NCBI RefSeq assembly: GCF_000186885.1
Contig: NC_014972.1
Coordinates: forward strand, 3,390,001-3,422,000
Reading direction: 5' to 3'
DNA: 32,000 bases
Source of the DNA: Desulfobulbus propionicus DSM 2032
Lineage (GTDB): Bacteria > Desulfobacterota > Desulfobulbia > Desulfobulbales > Desulfobulbaceae
The notes below the pieces were generated by a model that was given only the letters and a program-made list of their open reading frames with translations, was not told the origin of the DNA and did no database searches. Each line of letters begins with the position of its first letter. Within the stretch, counting starts at the first letter, position 1. This document shows positions 17,072-26,219 of the stretch, piece after piece. A program made the translations under genes and the position numbers.

Positions 17072-19634
17072 TGGTGGATTTTCCTGTAATGGTTAAAAGC
17101 GGGCTGGCGACAAACACCGAAGAAAAGAACGCCACCACCAATCCGACCAGCAGGGCGAATGAAAAATCATGGAGGGTCGCGCCGCCAAAGAAAAAGAGCG
17201 AGGCCAGACAAAACAGGACACTCATACCGGTCATGATGGATCGTCCTAACACCTGATTGATGCTTTCGTTGATGATCTGAAAGAAAGTGAGCCGCTCATC
17301 GGTGTACATGTTTTCCCTGATCCGGTCAAAGATGACCACGGTATCGTTCAGCGAGTAACCCGCCAAGGTGAGCAGCGCGGTGACAATCAGCAAATTCATT
17401 TCCTTGTCCATAAGCCAGCACACACCGAGCACGGCAAGGACATCGTGGAGGGTGGCCACCGTGGCCGCTAAACCAAAACGAAAGTCAAATCGGAAGGCCA
17501 GGTACACAACCACACCGAGCATGGAGAGGATGATCGAAATCACCGCTTTGTTGCGGAGATCGGCGGAGACGGAGGCCCCGATCTCTGATTTGCTTTCCAG
17601 GGTAAACCCCGCATGGGCTTGATCGGTGCCGAGGATGGTCGAGATGCGGTCGCCCAAATTGCTGACTTTTTCCTCAGATTTTTTAATTTTGACAATCAGT
17701 CTGTTTTCATTGGTGACCTGCTGCAGGTCGACGCCGCTGATCTCGTTGGCTCTGAGAAGACCGCGCACTTCTTCGAGCGAAAAAGCCTGTTCAGCCTTGT
17801 ACTGCAACATTGTGCCACCGGAGAAATCCACGCCCATGTTGGCATGGCCCCGCATGATCTGCACAAAGGCAATCAAACCCAGGGCGACCAGGACCGCAGA
17901 GACGGAATAGGCAACCTTGCGCAGTCGCATGAAATCAAAGTTGGTTTTACCGATCAACTTCAAAAAGCTGATGCGTTTTAGCCATTTCAGGCTGAGGAGG
18001 GAATCGTACATCAGCCGCGAGAAGAAAAGCACGGCAAACAGGTTGAAGAGAATACCCAAGGTGAGGGTGATGGCGAAACCTTTGATCGGGCCGGTGCCAA
18101 AGAGAAACAGGACAAGGGCGGTGATCAGGGTGGTGACCTGGCCGTCGACAATACTCCAAAATGCCTTGTTGAACCCCGCGTCGACCCCGGAACGCAGTGA
18201 CTTGCCCAAGGCAAATTCATCGCGCATGCGTTCGTAGATCAGAATGTTGGCGTCGACACCCATGCCGATGGACAGGATGATACCGGCGATGCCAGGCAGG
18301 GTCAGGGTTGCGCCCAGCATGGCCAACCCGACAAAAAGAAATAGAATATTGAGGGCCAGGGAAACGTTGGCGATAATACCCGAGACCCGATAGTAAAGGA
18401 CCATGAAGGCAATCACCAGCAGCGCGCCAAACAGGCCAGAGGACAATCCGTCCTTGATGGAATCCTGCCCCAGACTGGCGCCCACCGTCAGGTTTTGAAT
18501 GATATCCACCGGTGCCGGCAAGGCGCCGACGCGGAGGACGATGGCCAAGTCCGTCGCTTCGTTGTGGGTGAAATTGCCGGAAATCTGAGCACTGCCACCG
18601 AGGATTTTTTCCCGGATGACCGGTGCGGAGCGAACGATCTCATCAAGAACAATCGCCAGTCTTCGATTGACGTTTTTTTCGGTCAGATGGGCGAAAACCT
18701 GCCCGCCATGCCCCGTGAGATCCAGACTGACATAGGGCTCGTTGAAGGTGCCGCCGATGCGGACCTGGGCGTTTTTCACCATTTCGCCGGTCATCAAAAC
18801 CGGATTTTCCAAAAGAATGGGGATTCGTGATTCCTTCTTGGTCTTGCTGTCGATCACCTTCTCGAAATAGATTTCCGTCCCCTGGGGCAACCGGTTCTGT
18901 AGGGCGAAGTTGAGCTGTTTTCTACTGTCCCCTTCGCGCCACTGACCGGTCTTGGTCACCTCGTCGATCATCTGGCCGAGATTGAGCCCCGGTGCCTCGG
19001 CCACCATTTTGAACTCGAGCTGTGCGGTCTGACCGATCAGGCTCATGGCCCGTTGCGGATCCTTGACACCGGGGAGCTGGACCACTATCTGATTTTCCCC
19101 TTGCCGCAGGACGATCGGTTCAGCGACACCAAACTGATCGATCCGGTTGCGGATGATTTCCAGTGACTGATTAACCGCGTTTTTACGGATAAACTCGACC
19201 TCCTCGCTCTTCAACCGGAGGGTGATGCGGGGAAACGTCCCGGCCTCGGCCTCGACTTGGCTGTCCAGGTTGGGAAAATTCTCCTTGAGGATCTGCTTGA
19301 CGGTCTCAATGGCACTGGTATTGGGCAGAGTAAAGAGGATGGCGTTCGGGGTGCCTGTATCCATGCGCACTGCGTTGATATTTTTGGCGGCCAGGGCGGA
19401 TTTGAAATCCGAGGCGGAAAGATCGAGCGAGTTCTCCGCCGCCTTGTCCAGATCCACTTGAAGCACGATGTGCATGCCGCCCTGAAGATCCAATCCCAGC
19501 TTCAGCCCGGCGGGTGCCAGATACTTTTTCCACCAGTCCGGAAGATCGTGATAGACGGAGGGTGCAAGGACCAGTCCGGAAAAGAAGAGGAGGAAGATCA
19601 CAAGCCAGATTTTGAGCTTTATGCTGGTAGTCAT
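17061..19634 (-). CDS. secDF: Protein translocase SecD-SecF fusion
   Basis: 857-aa ORF. SecD motifs: GLKLGLDLQGGMHIVLQVD, TGEMVKNAQVRIGG, LPAPVDIIQNLTVGASLGQDSI and GMGVDANILIYERMRDEFALGKSLRSGVDAGF. SecF motifs: MGVDFSGGTMLQY, LAFRFDFRFGLAATVATLHDV and GYSLNDTVVIFDRIREN. Both lie in one uninterrupted frame. Confidence 0.95.
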   Translation of the reverse strand: MTTSIKLKIWLVIFLLFFSGLVLAPSVYHDLPDWWKKYLAPAGLKLGLDLQGGMHIVLQVDLDKAAENSLDLSASDFKSALAAKNINAVRMDTGTPNAILFTLPNTSAIETVKQILKENFPNLDSQVEAEAGTFPRITLRLKSEEVEFIRKNAVNQSLEIIRNRIDQFGVAEPIVLRQGENQIVVQLPGVKDPQRAMSLIGQTAQLEFKMVAEAPGLNLGQMIDEVTKTGQWREGDSRKQLNFALQNRLPQGTEIYFEKVIDSKTKKESRIPILLENPVLMTGEMVKNAQVRIGGTFNEPYVSLDLTGHGGQVFAHLTEKNVNRRLAIVLDEIVRSAPVIREKILGGSAQISGNFTHNEATDLAIVLRVGALPAPVDIIQNLTVGASLGQDSIKDGLSSGLFGALLVIAFMVLYYRVSGIIANVSLALNILFLFVGLAMLGATLTLPGIAGIILSIGMGVDANILIYERMRDEFALGKSLRSGVDAGFNKAFWSIVDGQVTTLITALVLFLFGTGPIKGFAITLTLGILFNLFAVLFFSRLMYDSLLSLKWLKRISFLKLIGKTNFDFMRLRKVAYSVSAVLVALGLIAFVQIMRGHANMGVDFSGGTMLQYKAEQAFSLEEVRGLLRANEISGVDLQQVTNENRLIVKIKKSEEKVSNLGDRISTILGTDQAHAGFTLESKSEIGASVSADLRNKAVISIILSMLGVVVYLAFRFDFRFGLAATVATLHDVLAVLGVCWLMDKEMNLLIVTALLTLAGYSLNDTVVIFDRIRENMYTDERLTFFQIINESINQVLGRSIMTGMSVLFCLASLFFFGGATLHDFSFALLVGLVVAFFSSVFVASPLLTITGKSTSES

Positions 19635-19803
19635 GGACAGCGTACCTGTGGGGGTGGGGAAAAGGTTGAGTTAAATAAATGGTCACACAAAGTTTAAGAA
19701 TATACGCCGGCACACCGCTTGATGCAACGGTGCGAACCAATTTTTGCCTGAAAAAGCGGTGACACGGGTTTCCAGCTGCGGCCCGATCGGATGCAGCAGG
19801 ATC

Positions 19804-20559
19804 TCAGGTAGCGCGATTGATCGCCGCGGCCATGCAGGCGGCACCGAACCCATTGTCGATGTTGACCACCGCCAGACCGGGTGCGCAACTGTTGAGCATG
19901 CCCAGCAGGGCGGAATAGCCGCCGGCACCGGTTCCATAGCCGATGCTGGTCGGCACCCCGATAACCGGCGCGGCGGTCATGCCCGCCACCACCGAGGGCA
20001 AGGCGCCTTCCATGCCGGCAACCACGATGATCACCGATCCTTGCTGCAACAGGGCCGAATGGGCTAGAATGCGATGGATACCAGCCACCCCGGCATCATG
20101 GACGGTGGCGATACGGTGCCCGAAAGTCTGCAGGGTGACGCTTGCCTCCTCGGCCACCGGCAGATCCGAGGTGCCGGCAGTGACGATCACCACCGTACCC
20201 CTGCCGCCGTCGGCCGGGGCATGCGCTTCATTGCCGGTGAGCATTCGCGCCACGGGATGGTAGGTCAAGCCGTTCAGCCGCTGACACGCGGCTTCGCCTT
20301 TTTCCGGAGACACCCGGGTCGCCACCACCACGTTGGGCACACGCAACAGGGCACCAAGAATCTCGATCAACTGCTCGACGGTCTTGTTCTCGCCGAATAC
20401 CGCCTCCGGCAAACCTGTGCGCAGGGTGCGGTGATGGTCAAGGCGCGCCGAGTTCAGGAGTTCAATCGGTAGCAGCCGTAGTTGATCCAGGGCGTGCTGG
20501 ATCTCGATCTCGCCGTTCCGCACCTGGTGAAGCAAGGCGGCAACACTCTGTTCATTCAT
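19804..20559 (-). CDS. larB: Nickel pincer cofactor biosynthesis protein LarB (AIR carboxylase-like)
   Basis: VVATRVSPEKGEAA, GTVVIVTAGTSDLPVAEEA, HDAGVAGIHRIL, VVAGMEGALPSVVAGMTAAPVIGVPTSIGYGTGAGGYSALLGMLNSCAPGLAVVNIDNGFGAA. Confidence 0.92.
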   Translation of the reverse strand: MNEQSVAALLHQVRNGEIEIQHALDQLRLLPIELLNSARLDHHRTLRTGLPEAVFGENKTVEQLIEILGALLRVPNVVVATRVSPEKGEAACQRLNGLTYHPVARMLTGNEAHAPADGGRGTVVIVTAGTSDLPVAEEASVTLQTFGHRIATVHDAGVAGIHRILAHSALLQQGSVIIVVAGMEGALPSVVAGMTAAPVIGVPTSIGYGTGAGGYSALLGMLNSCAPGLAVVNIDNGFGAACMAAAINRAT

Positions 20560-20697
20560 GCAAAAATGGATGCTCTGCTGGGGCTGACTGGGGCATGGGG
20601 AAAATCGACGTGAAACGGTTTACGCCTGACCATGGTTCTGTTAGATTGCCGGCACGATCAACTTCAACCGGGCCGCCAGGGCGGCCGGAGAACGTCC

Positions 20698-21714
20698 ATG
20701 AGCAACGATACGCTTCCCCCGTTCCTCCAGGCGCTGTTGCGTCCTGCATGTTACGATCATCCCGCGCCGGATCTGCGTTTGGTGCAGACCCATATTTCCT
20801 CGGTGATCCTTGCCGGCAATTATGTCTACAAATTCAAGAAACCGGTCAACTTCGGCTTTCTTGATTTCTCCGATCTCGACAAACGGCGGGTGTGCTGCGA
20901 ACAGGAACTGCTCCTCAATCGCCGACTTTGCCCGGACATCTACCTCGACCTCGTACGGGTGACCGCGGAAACCGGAGGCGGGTTCACCCTCAACGGCAGC
21001 GGCCGGGTGGTGGAGTACGGGGTTAAAATGGTCCGCATGCCGGAGGACCGGATGATGACCAATCTGATCCAGGCCGGCACGTTGTCCGAGGCCCATATCG
21101 ATGCCCTGGTCGAGGTGCTGGCCGATTTCTACAGCCGCGCCGATGGAGGGCCGGAAATCGCCGCCTTTGGCACCGCGGCGGCTGTCGGCATAAATGTGCT
21201 GGAGAACTTCGAACAGACCCGGGGATTCATCGGCCAGGGGACACTGAACCAACAACAATTTGATGGCATCGCCGGGTATGCACGGCGTTTTCTCGCTCGG
21301 GAGCCCCTGTTTCAAGAGCGTATCGAGGGCGGATATATCCGCGACTGTCATGGTGACCTCTATTCCGCCAACATCTGCCTGGCGGATAAGGTCTACATTT
21401 ACGACTGCATCGAGTTTAACCAGCGCTTCCGTTACTGCGATGTGGCCAGCGACGTAGCCTTCCTGGCCATGGACCTGGACTTTTACGGACTTGATCGTCT
21501 ATCATCCCGATTCATCGACCAATTTTCCCGAACGACCAACGACAGCGGCCTGGGGGCGATGCTGAACTTCTATAAATGCTACCGGGCCTATGTCCGCGGC
21601 AAGATAGGGCTTTTTACAGCAGGAGACCCAGCGGTCGAACCGTCGCTCAAGGCCGCCTGCCTGGGCAATGCGGCTAAGTATTTCCGTTTGGCCGAGCGCT
21701 ATGCCAGCGAATGA
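20698..21714 (+). CDS. Aminoglycoside phosphotransferase-like protein (COG2187 type)
   Basis: SSVILAGNYVYKFKKPVNFGFLDFSDLDKRRVCCEQELLLNRRL; kinase-like catalytic segment IRDCHGDLYSANICLADKVYIYDCIEFNQRFRYCDVASDVAFLAMDLDFYG. ATG at 20698 with GGAG upstream. Confidence 0.85.
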   Translation: MSNDTLPPFLQALLRPACYDHPAPDLRLVQTHISSVILAGNYVYKFKKPVNFGFLDFSDLDKRRVCCEQELLLNRRLCPDIYLDLVRVTAETGGGFTLNGSGRVVEYGVKMVRMPEDRMMTNLIQAGTLSEAHIDALVEVLADFYSRADGGPEIAAFGTAAAVGINVLENFEQTRGFIGQGTLNQQQFDGIAGYARRFLAREPLFQERIEGGYIRDCHGDLYSANICLADKVYIYDCIEFNQRFRYCDVASDVAFLAMDLDFYGLDRLSSRFIDQFSRTTNDSGLGAMLNFYKCYRAYVRGKIGLFTAGDPAVEPSLKAACLGNAAKYFRLAERYASE

Positions 21715-22300
21715 GCCGACGGCTACCGCTATAGCTCGCCAGACGCTCGCGGTATTCTTCGGCATGACTGCTTCGGGCAAATCAACCCTGGCCCTGGCCT
21801 GGGCAAAACGCTGTCAAGCTCCTTATTACAATACCGATCGGGTGCGCAAGGAACTCGCCGGCTTGCAGCCCAGCGATCGCCGACCCGATGGCGTGGGCCA
21901 GGGAATCTATTCACCGGAACTGACAGCGGCAACGTATCAGACCCTACTCGACCGGGCACGGGCGGATTTCGAGCGAGGGGCGAGGATTGTCATTCTGGAT
22001 GGCTCGTACAGCAAGCGTTCCGATCGTGCACGGGTACGGGCCTTGGCAACGGAGATCAAGGGACGGTGCGTGTTTTTCTTCTGCACCTGCGCGGATGACG
22101 AGGTGCGGCGTCGACTGGCATTGCGTGCGCAGGATGCGACCGCCGTTTCCGATGGCCGCTGGGAGATATTCCTCCATCAGAAACGCACCTTTGAGTTGCC
22201 GGACAGGCAGGCCGAACCGGACTGCATCCCCATCAACACCGAGCAACAAGTGGAAACGATGCTCGACTGGCTGACAGAGTACCCGTTGATGCGGGGGTGA
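21701..22300 (+). CDS. AAA/P-loop kinase-like protein (COG0645 type)
   Basis: Walker A-like FFGMTASGKSTLA; VILDGSYSKRSDRARVRALA; VFFFCTCADDEVRRRLALR. ATG at 21701 overlaps the 3' end of the APH-like ORF. Confidence 0.83.
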   Translation: MPANEPTATAIARQTLAVFFGMTASGKSTLALAWAKRCQAPYYNTDRVRKELAGLQPSDRRPDGVGQGIYSPELTAATYQTLLDRARADFERGARIVILDGSYSKRSDRARVRALATEIKGRCVFFFCTCADDEVRRRLALRAQDATAVSDGRWEIFLHQKRTFELPDRQAEPDCIPINTEQQVETMLDWLTEYPLMRG

Positions 22301-22318
22301 GCTGCCAGCCATTGTTCA

Positions 22319-23194
22319 TCACTCGGTGGACTCGGCGTCCCTGATCGATTCGGGCACCGCCCGGTGTTCTTCCGTTTTGGGCGTTCCCTCGGCCTGCTCC
22401 CCGGCCGTTGCCTCTTCTTTGCGATCGGCAGGAGCCTTGGTCATGAACTCCGGCAACCAGCGATTCATGCCCCAGGCAGGGGCGTTTCCCGCCTCCAGGC
22501 GGTCCAACAGAGCCTTGGCCTGCGGAGCGAGATTGGAATCGGGATACATGGCCAGCAAATATTTCAATCGATGTTTGGCCTCTTCCTGCCGATCGGTGCG
22601 CACATAGAACACCGCGACCATGTATTCATGGTTGACCAGAAATTCCTTGCACTCGATGATTTTCGCCTTGGCTTCCTTGGCGTACGGTGATTGCGGATAG
22701 GCATTGATCAGCCGGGTGAAGGATTTGATCGCTTCTTGAGGGCCAGACGCATCCCTGTCGATACGATCGGAGCGACGATAATCGCACATGCCGACCTGAA
22801 ACATCACATAGGGGATGGCTTCATTGGTCGGATGGCGTTCCTCAAAGGATTTATAGAGGGTTTTGGCTTCCGCGTACTGCTTGTTGTAATAGTTGGCATC
22901 CGCAGCCTTGAGTTCGGCGAGCATCGCTTGCGCGCTGAACGGATGCTCGTCCAGGATGATTTTGAAGTTTTTGATAGCCTCGCCATAATCACCGACGTTA
23001 TAGGCATCCATCCCCTGAACGATCAGTGTTTCGGGTGGCAGGGATTCCGGTTCTTCCTCTTCACCAAACGAAAAGGCGCTGAACATGCCGTCAAATGTCG
23101 AACAACCGGAAAGTGTCATTGCCGCGAGCAACCAGAGAACGAGGAGCAGGCGTTTGTCAGCGCGAAATGTTCGTACGATAGATACCGTGGGCAT
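22319..23194 (-). CDS. bamD: Outer membrane assembly lipoprotein BamD (ComL-like)
   Basis: Lipobox LAAMTLSGCS; TPR-type sequences (YNVGDYGEAIKNFKIILDEHPFSAQAMLAELKAADANYYNKQYAEAKTLYKSFEERHPTNEAIPYVMFQVGMCDYRR). Confidence 0.87.
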   Translation of the reverse strand: MPTVSIVRTFRADKRLLLVLWLLAAMTLSGCSTFDGMFSAFSFGEEEEPESLPPETLIVQGMDAYNVGDYGEAIKNFKIILDEHPFSAQAMLAELKAADANYYNKQYAEAKTLYKSFEERHPTNEAIPYVMFQVGMCDYRRSDRIDRDASGPQEAIKSFTRLINAYPQSPYAKEAKAKIIECKEFLVNHEYMVAVFYVRTDRQEEAKHRLKYLLAMYPDSNLAPQAKALLDRLEAGNAPAWGMNRWLPEFMTKAPADRKEEATAGEQAEGTPKTEEHRAVPESIRDAESTE

Positions 23195-23205
23195 GGCATG
23201 GTCCT

Positions 23206-24168
23206 CTATTCACTGCAGTTCAGGGGGGTATCCGGGGCTTGGTTGCCCAGATAATGCTCGACGGATAATTCAGCGACCGCGCCTTCTCCCGCGGCATTGA
23301 TGATCTGCCGGAAGCGTTTGCTGCGGATATCGCCAGCGGCGTAGACTCCGGGAATGGAGGTAGCCATCTCCGCGTCGGTGATGACAAAACCGCCTTCGTC
23401 GGTCTGGAGTTGATCCAGTGGCAACATGTCGTTGTTGGGCACAACGCCGATCAGGACGAAAAGCCCTGTCACCTTCAAAACCGATTCCTCGCCGTTGTGG
23501 TGCCGGAGGAGCAATCCCTCCACTCCGGCACCCTTGGAACCTCTGATTTCGAGCACTCGCGTATTCCACAGAAAATCGATCTTCTGGTTGCAGAAGGCTT
23601 TTTCCTGGAGAATCTTGGTGGCCCGCAATTCGCCCCGCCGATGGATGACCGTGACCTTGGAGGCGAATTTGGTCAAGTGCAGCGCTTCCTGGATGGCAGT
23701 GTTGCCCCCTCCGACCACGGCGATTTCCTGGTTGCGGTAAAAGGGACCGTCGCAGGTAGCGCAATAGGAAACCCCACGACCGCTGAACTCATATTCACCA
23801 GGAACGTCCAATCGACGGGGTTTGGCTCCAGTACACAGGATTACGGTTTTGGCGGTCAGCGTTTCACCGTTTTCAAGGATGACGGATTTGACCTCTCCGG
23901 CCAGATCCAGCTTGGCAATGGTGGCGAATTTTTTCTCCAGGCCAAAACGATCGGCATGGGCGGTCATTTTATCCATGAGGTCGAATCCGGAGACGCCTTC
24001 GGTAAACCCGGGATAATTGTCCACCCAGTCGGTCACAAGCACTTGACCGCCAGTGGCCCCTTTTTCAACGAGCAGAACCTTGAGACGACCACGGGCGGCA
24101 TACAACCCGGCCGTCAGGCCAGCCGGTCCGCCACCGACGATGATCAGCTGATACTGTGCCTGTTGCAT
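23206..24168 (-). CDS. trxB: Thioredoxin reductase
   Basis: IIVGGGPAGLTAGLYAARGRLKVLL, SYCATCDGPFYRNQEIAVVGGGNTAIQEAL and GVYAAGDIRSKRFRQIINAAGEGAVAEL. The ATG at 24168 is preferred over the ORF-track start at 24216, which lies within a hairpin. Confidence 0.95.
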   Translation of the reverse strand: MQQAQYQLIIVGGGPAGLTAGLYAARGRLKVLLVEKGATGGQVLVTDWVDNYPGFTEGVSGFDLMDKMTAHADRFGLEKKFATIAKLDLAGEVKSVILENGETLTAKTVILCTGAKPRRLDVPGEYEFSGRGVSYCATCDGPFYRNQEIAVVGGGNTAIQEALHLTKFASKVTVIHRRGELRATKILQEKAFCNQKIDFLWNTRVLEIRGSKGAGVEGLLLRHHNGEESVLKVTGLFVLIGVVPNNDMLPLDQLQTDEGGFVITDAEMATSIPGVYAAGDIRSKRFRQIINAAGEGAVAELSVEHYLGNQAPDTPLNCSE

Positions 24169-24183
24169 GGTCGATACCGCCCC

Positions 24184-24229
24184 AAAAAAAGAAGGCACGG
24201 TCCTTTGTCCCAACACAACAAACCGTGCC
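24184..24229 (-). terminator. Intrinsic terminator/attenuator between trxA and trxB
   Basis: Reading the minus strand: GGCACGGT ... ACCGTGCC (8-bp stem, with possible extra TTGT/ACAA pairing), followed by TTCTTTTTTT. Confidence 0.65.
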
Positions 24230-24242
24230 CTGCGAGAAAATG

Positions 24243-24572
24243 TTAGATGGCTTTTTTGATCAGATCCTGCAATTGCGACTTGCCGACCGCGCCCGTGATC
24301 TGATCGATCACTTCGCCGCCCTTGAAGAGGATCAAGGTGGGGATGGCGCGAATGCCGAATTTTCCGGGCGTGGCGGGGTTGTCGTCAACATTCATTTTGG
24401 CGATGACCACCTTGCCCTCGTACTCCGCAGCCAACTCGTCGATGACCGGTCCAATGGCCTTGCATGGCCCGCACCACGGAGCCCAAAAATCAACAAGACA
24501 GGGGAGAGAATTACCGATGATGCCGCTTTCGAATTCGCTGTCGGATATGTGCACTACCTTGTCACTTGCCAT
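24243..24572 (-). CDS. trxA: Thioredoxin
   Basis: VDFWAPWCGPCKAIGPVIDELA, MNVDDNPATPGKFGIRAIPTLILFKGGE; 109 aa; GGAG-type RBS upstream. Confidence 0.96.
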   Translation of the reverse strand: MASDKVVHISDSEFESGIIGNSLPCLVDFWAPWCGPCKAIGPVIDELAAEYEGKVVIAKMNVDDNPATPGKFGIRAIPTLILFKGGEVIDQITGAVGKSQLQDLIKKAI

Positions 24573-24665
24573 CTCACGTTCTCCTTTAGGCCTCCCATCG
24601 ATAAGGGATGAATGAAAAACTATAAATTCTCGATGGTTATGGGATATTAATCTGCATTGCCGGTC

Positions 24666-24694
24666 ATTCTACCTTGCCGCTCCAGAGGTGACAA
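24666..24694 (-). promoter_or_regulatory. Predicted sigma70-type promoter for trxA
   Basis: Minus strand: TTGTCA, 17-nt spacer, TAGAAT. Confidence 0.5.
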
Positions 24695-24755
24695 GAAAAA
24701 ATTGACATCATTGAACCGCTGTCAACCCCGCCAACTCATGTATTCTTTTTTGCTT

Positions 24756-24785
24756 TTGACATCTGAAAAACAGCCGTGCTATAAG
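24756..24785 (+). promoter_or_regulatory. Predicted sigma70-type promoter for hemL
   Basis: TTGACA (24756-24761), 18-nt spacer, TATAAG (24780-24785). Confidence 0.6.
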
Positions 24786-24843
24786 AGACGGTCCTTTTCG
24801 CTCCGAAACCAGTGACATCAACGCAGCAATGACGGGGAAAACA

Positions 24844-26133
24844 ATGAAAACAGACAGATCCGCGCAGCTTTTCACTCAAGCAAAAACCTATATCCCAGGT
24901 GGGGTGAATTCACCGGTCCGCGCCTGCCGTTCCGTCGGCTGTGATCCCCTGTTTGTGCACAAGGCCTCCGGCTGCATGATCACCGATGTCGACGGCAACG
25001 AATTCATCGATTTTGTCGGTTCCTGGGGGCCGATGATTTTGGGACATGCTCATCCCGAAGTCGTGGAAGCCATTCAAGCGGCTGCCGTTCAGGGCACCAG
25101 TTTCGGCGCTCCCTCGCCCCTCGAGGTAGAGTTGGCGTCCATGGTCTGCAAGGCGGTCCCATCCATGGACAAAATTCGCTTTGTCAATTCGGGAACCGAG
25201 GCCACCATGAGCGCCATTCGCCTTGCTCGAGGCTATACGGGCAGGAAAGTGGTGGTGAAGTTCGACGGCTGCTACCATGGGCATGCCGACTCCTTTCTGG
25301 TCAAGGCTGGATCCGGGGTCATTACCCTTGGCATACCGGGCAGCCCCGGGGTCCCCGAGGACATCGTCAAGAACACTCTTTCCATCCCCTATAACAATGA
25401 AGAAATCCTGGAGCAGACCCTGCGTGACACCAACCTGGATATTGCGTGCGTGATTGTCGAGCCCGTGGCCGGCAACATGGGCGTCGTCGTGCCAAATTTA
25501 GGTTTCTTGCGAAAACTCAGGGAATTAACCAGGGAACTCGGTATTATCCTGATCTTTGACGAGGTGATCACCGGTTTTCGTCTGGCTCTGGGCGGGGCGC
25601 AGGAGCGCTTCGGCATCATGCCCGACCTGACCTGCCTCGGGAAGATCATTGGCGGTGGCTTGCCAGTGGGCGCTTACGGCGGCAAACGGGAGTTAATGGA
25701 ACTGATCGCCCCCGATGGGCCCGTGTACCAGGCCGGTACCCTGTCCGGCAATCCTTTGGCCATGGCAGCGGGACTAGCGATGCTCAGGGTGGTGCAACGC
25801 CCAGGATTTTACGCCGAGCTCGAAGCGAAGAGCGACTGGTTCGGCGCCGAAATGGAGAAACTGGCCGCCGCAGCACCTGTACCGATCAGTGTCAACCGGA
25901 TCGGCTCCCTCATGACCTGTTTCTTCACCCGGGGACCGGTCACCGATTTCACCTCGGCCATGACCGCCGATGCCGCTTTGTACGGACAGTACTTCCGCCA
26001 CATGCTCGCCGGCGGTATCTGGCTTGCCCCATCGCAGTTCGAGGCGTCGTTTGTCTCCGCCGCCCATGAGCGAAGCCACTTGCAAAAGGCCTTGGACATG
26101 ACTGAATCGTCATTCAAAAAATTGATGGTTTAA
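24844..26133 (+). CDS. hemL: Glutamate-1-semialdehyde 2,1-aminomutase
   Basis: YIPGGVNSPVRACRSVG, FVGSWGPMILGHAHPEVVEAI, VNSGTEATMSAIRLARGYTGR, KFDGCYHGHADSFLVKAGSG, LIFDEVITGFR and CLGKIIGGGLPVGAYGG. Confidence 0.97.
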   Translation: MKTDRSAQLFTQAKTYIPGGVNSPVRACRSVGCDPLFVHKASGCMITDVDGNEFIDFVGSWGPMILGHAHPEVVEAIQAAAVQGTSFGAPSPLEVELASMVCKAVPSMDKIRFVNSGTEATMSAIRLARGYTGRKVVVKFDGCYHGHADSFLVKAGSGVITLGIPGSPGVPEDIVKNTLSIPYNNEEILEQTLRDTNLDIACVIVEPVAGNMGVVVPNLGFLRKLRELTRELGIILIFDEVITGFRLALGGAQERFGIMPDLTCLGKIIGGGLPVGAYGGKRELMELIAPDGPVYQAGTLSGNPLAMAAGLAMLRVVQRPGFYAELEAKSDWFGAEMEKLAAAAPVPISVNRIGSLMTCFFTRGPVTDFTSAMTADAALYGQYFRHMLAGGIWLAPSQFEASFVSAAHERSHLQKALDMTESSFKKLMV

Positions 26134-26219
26134 TTAAAAAATTATTGCGTTTGCCGATTGCGCATGCTACCTGTAGCACCGATTGTAGCGACTGCCGGCG
26201 AATGAACATGAAGGTGACA

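Noticed and set aside
19713-19735. CACCG...CGGTG inverted repeat downstream of larB as a possible terminator
   Set aside because: Stem is short and imperfect and no T tract follows on the minus strand.
19683-19937. 84-aa minus-strand ORF past the larB 3' end, considered as a frameshifted larB extension
   Set aside because: LarB reaches a normal C-terminus (NIDNGFGAACMAAAINRAT), and the alternate frame has no family-like sequence.
23410-24246. 278-aa plus-strand ORF antisense to trxB
   Set aside because: Mirror of well-conserved trxB coding, and it crosses the trxA/trxB terminator hairpin.
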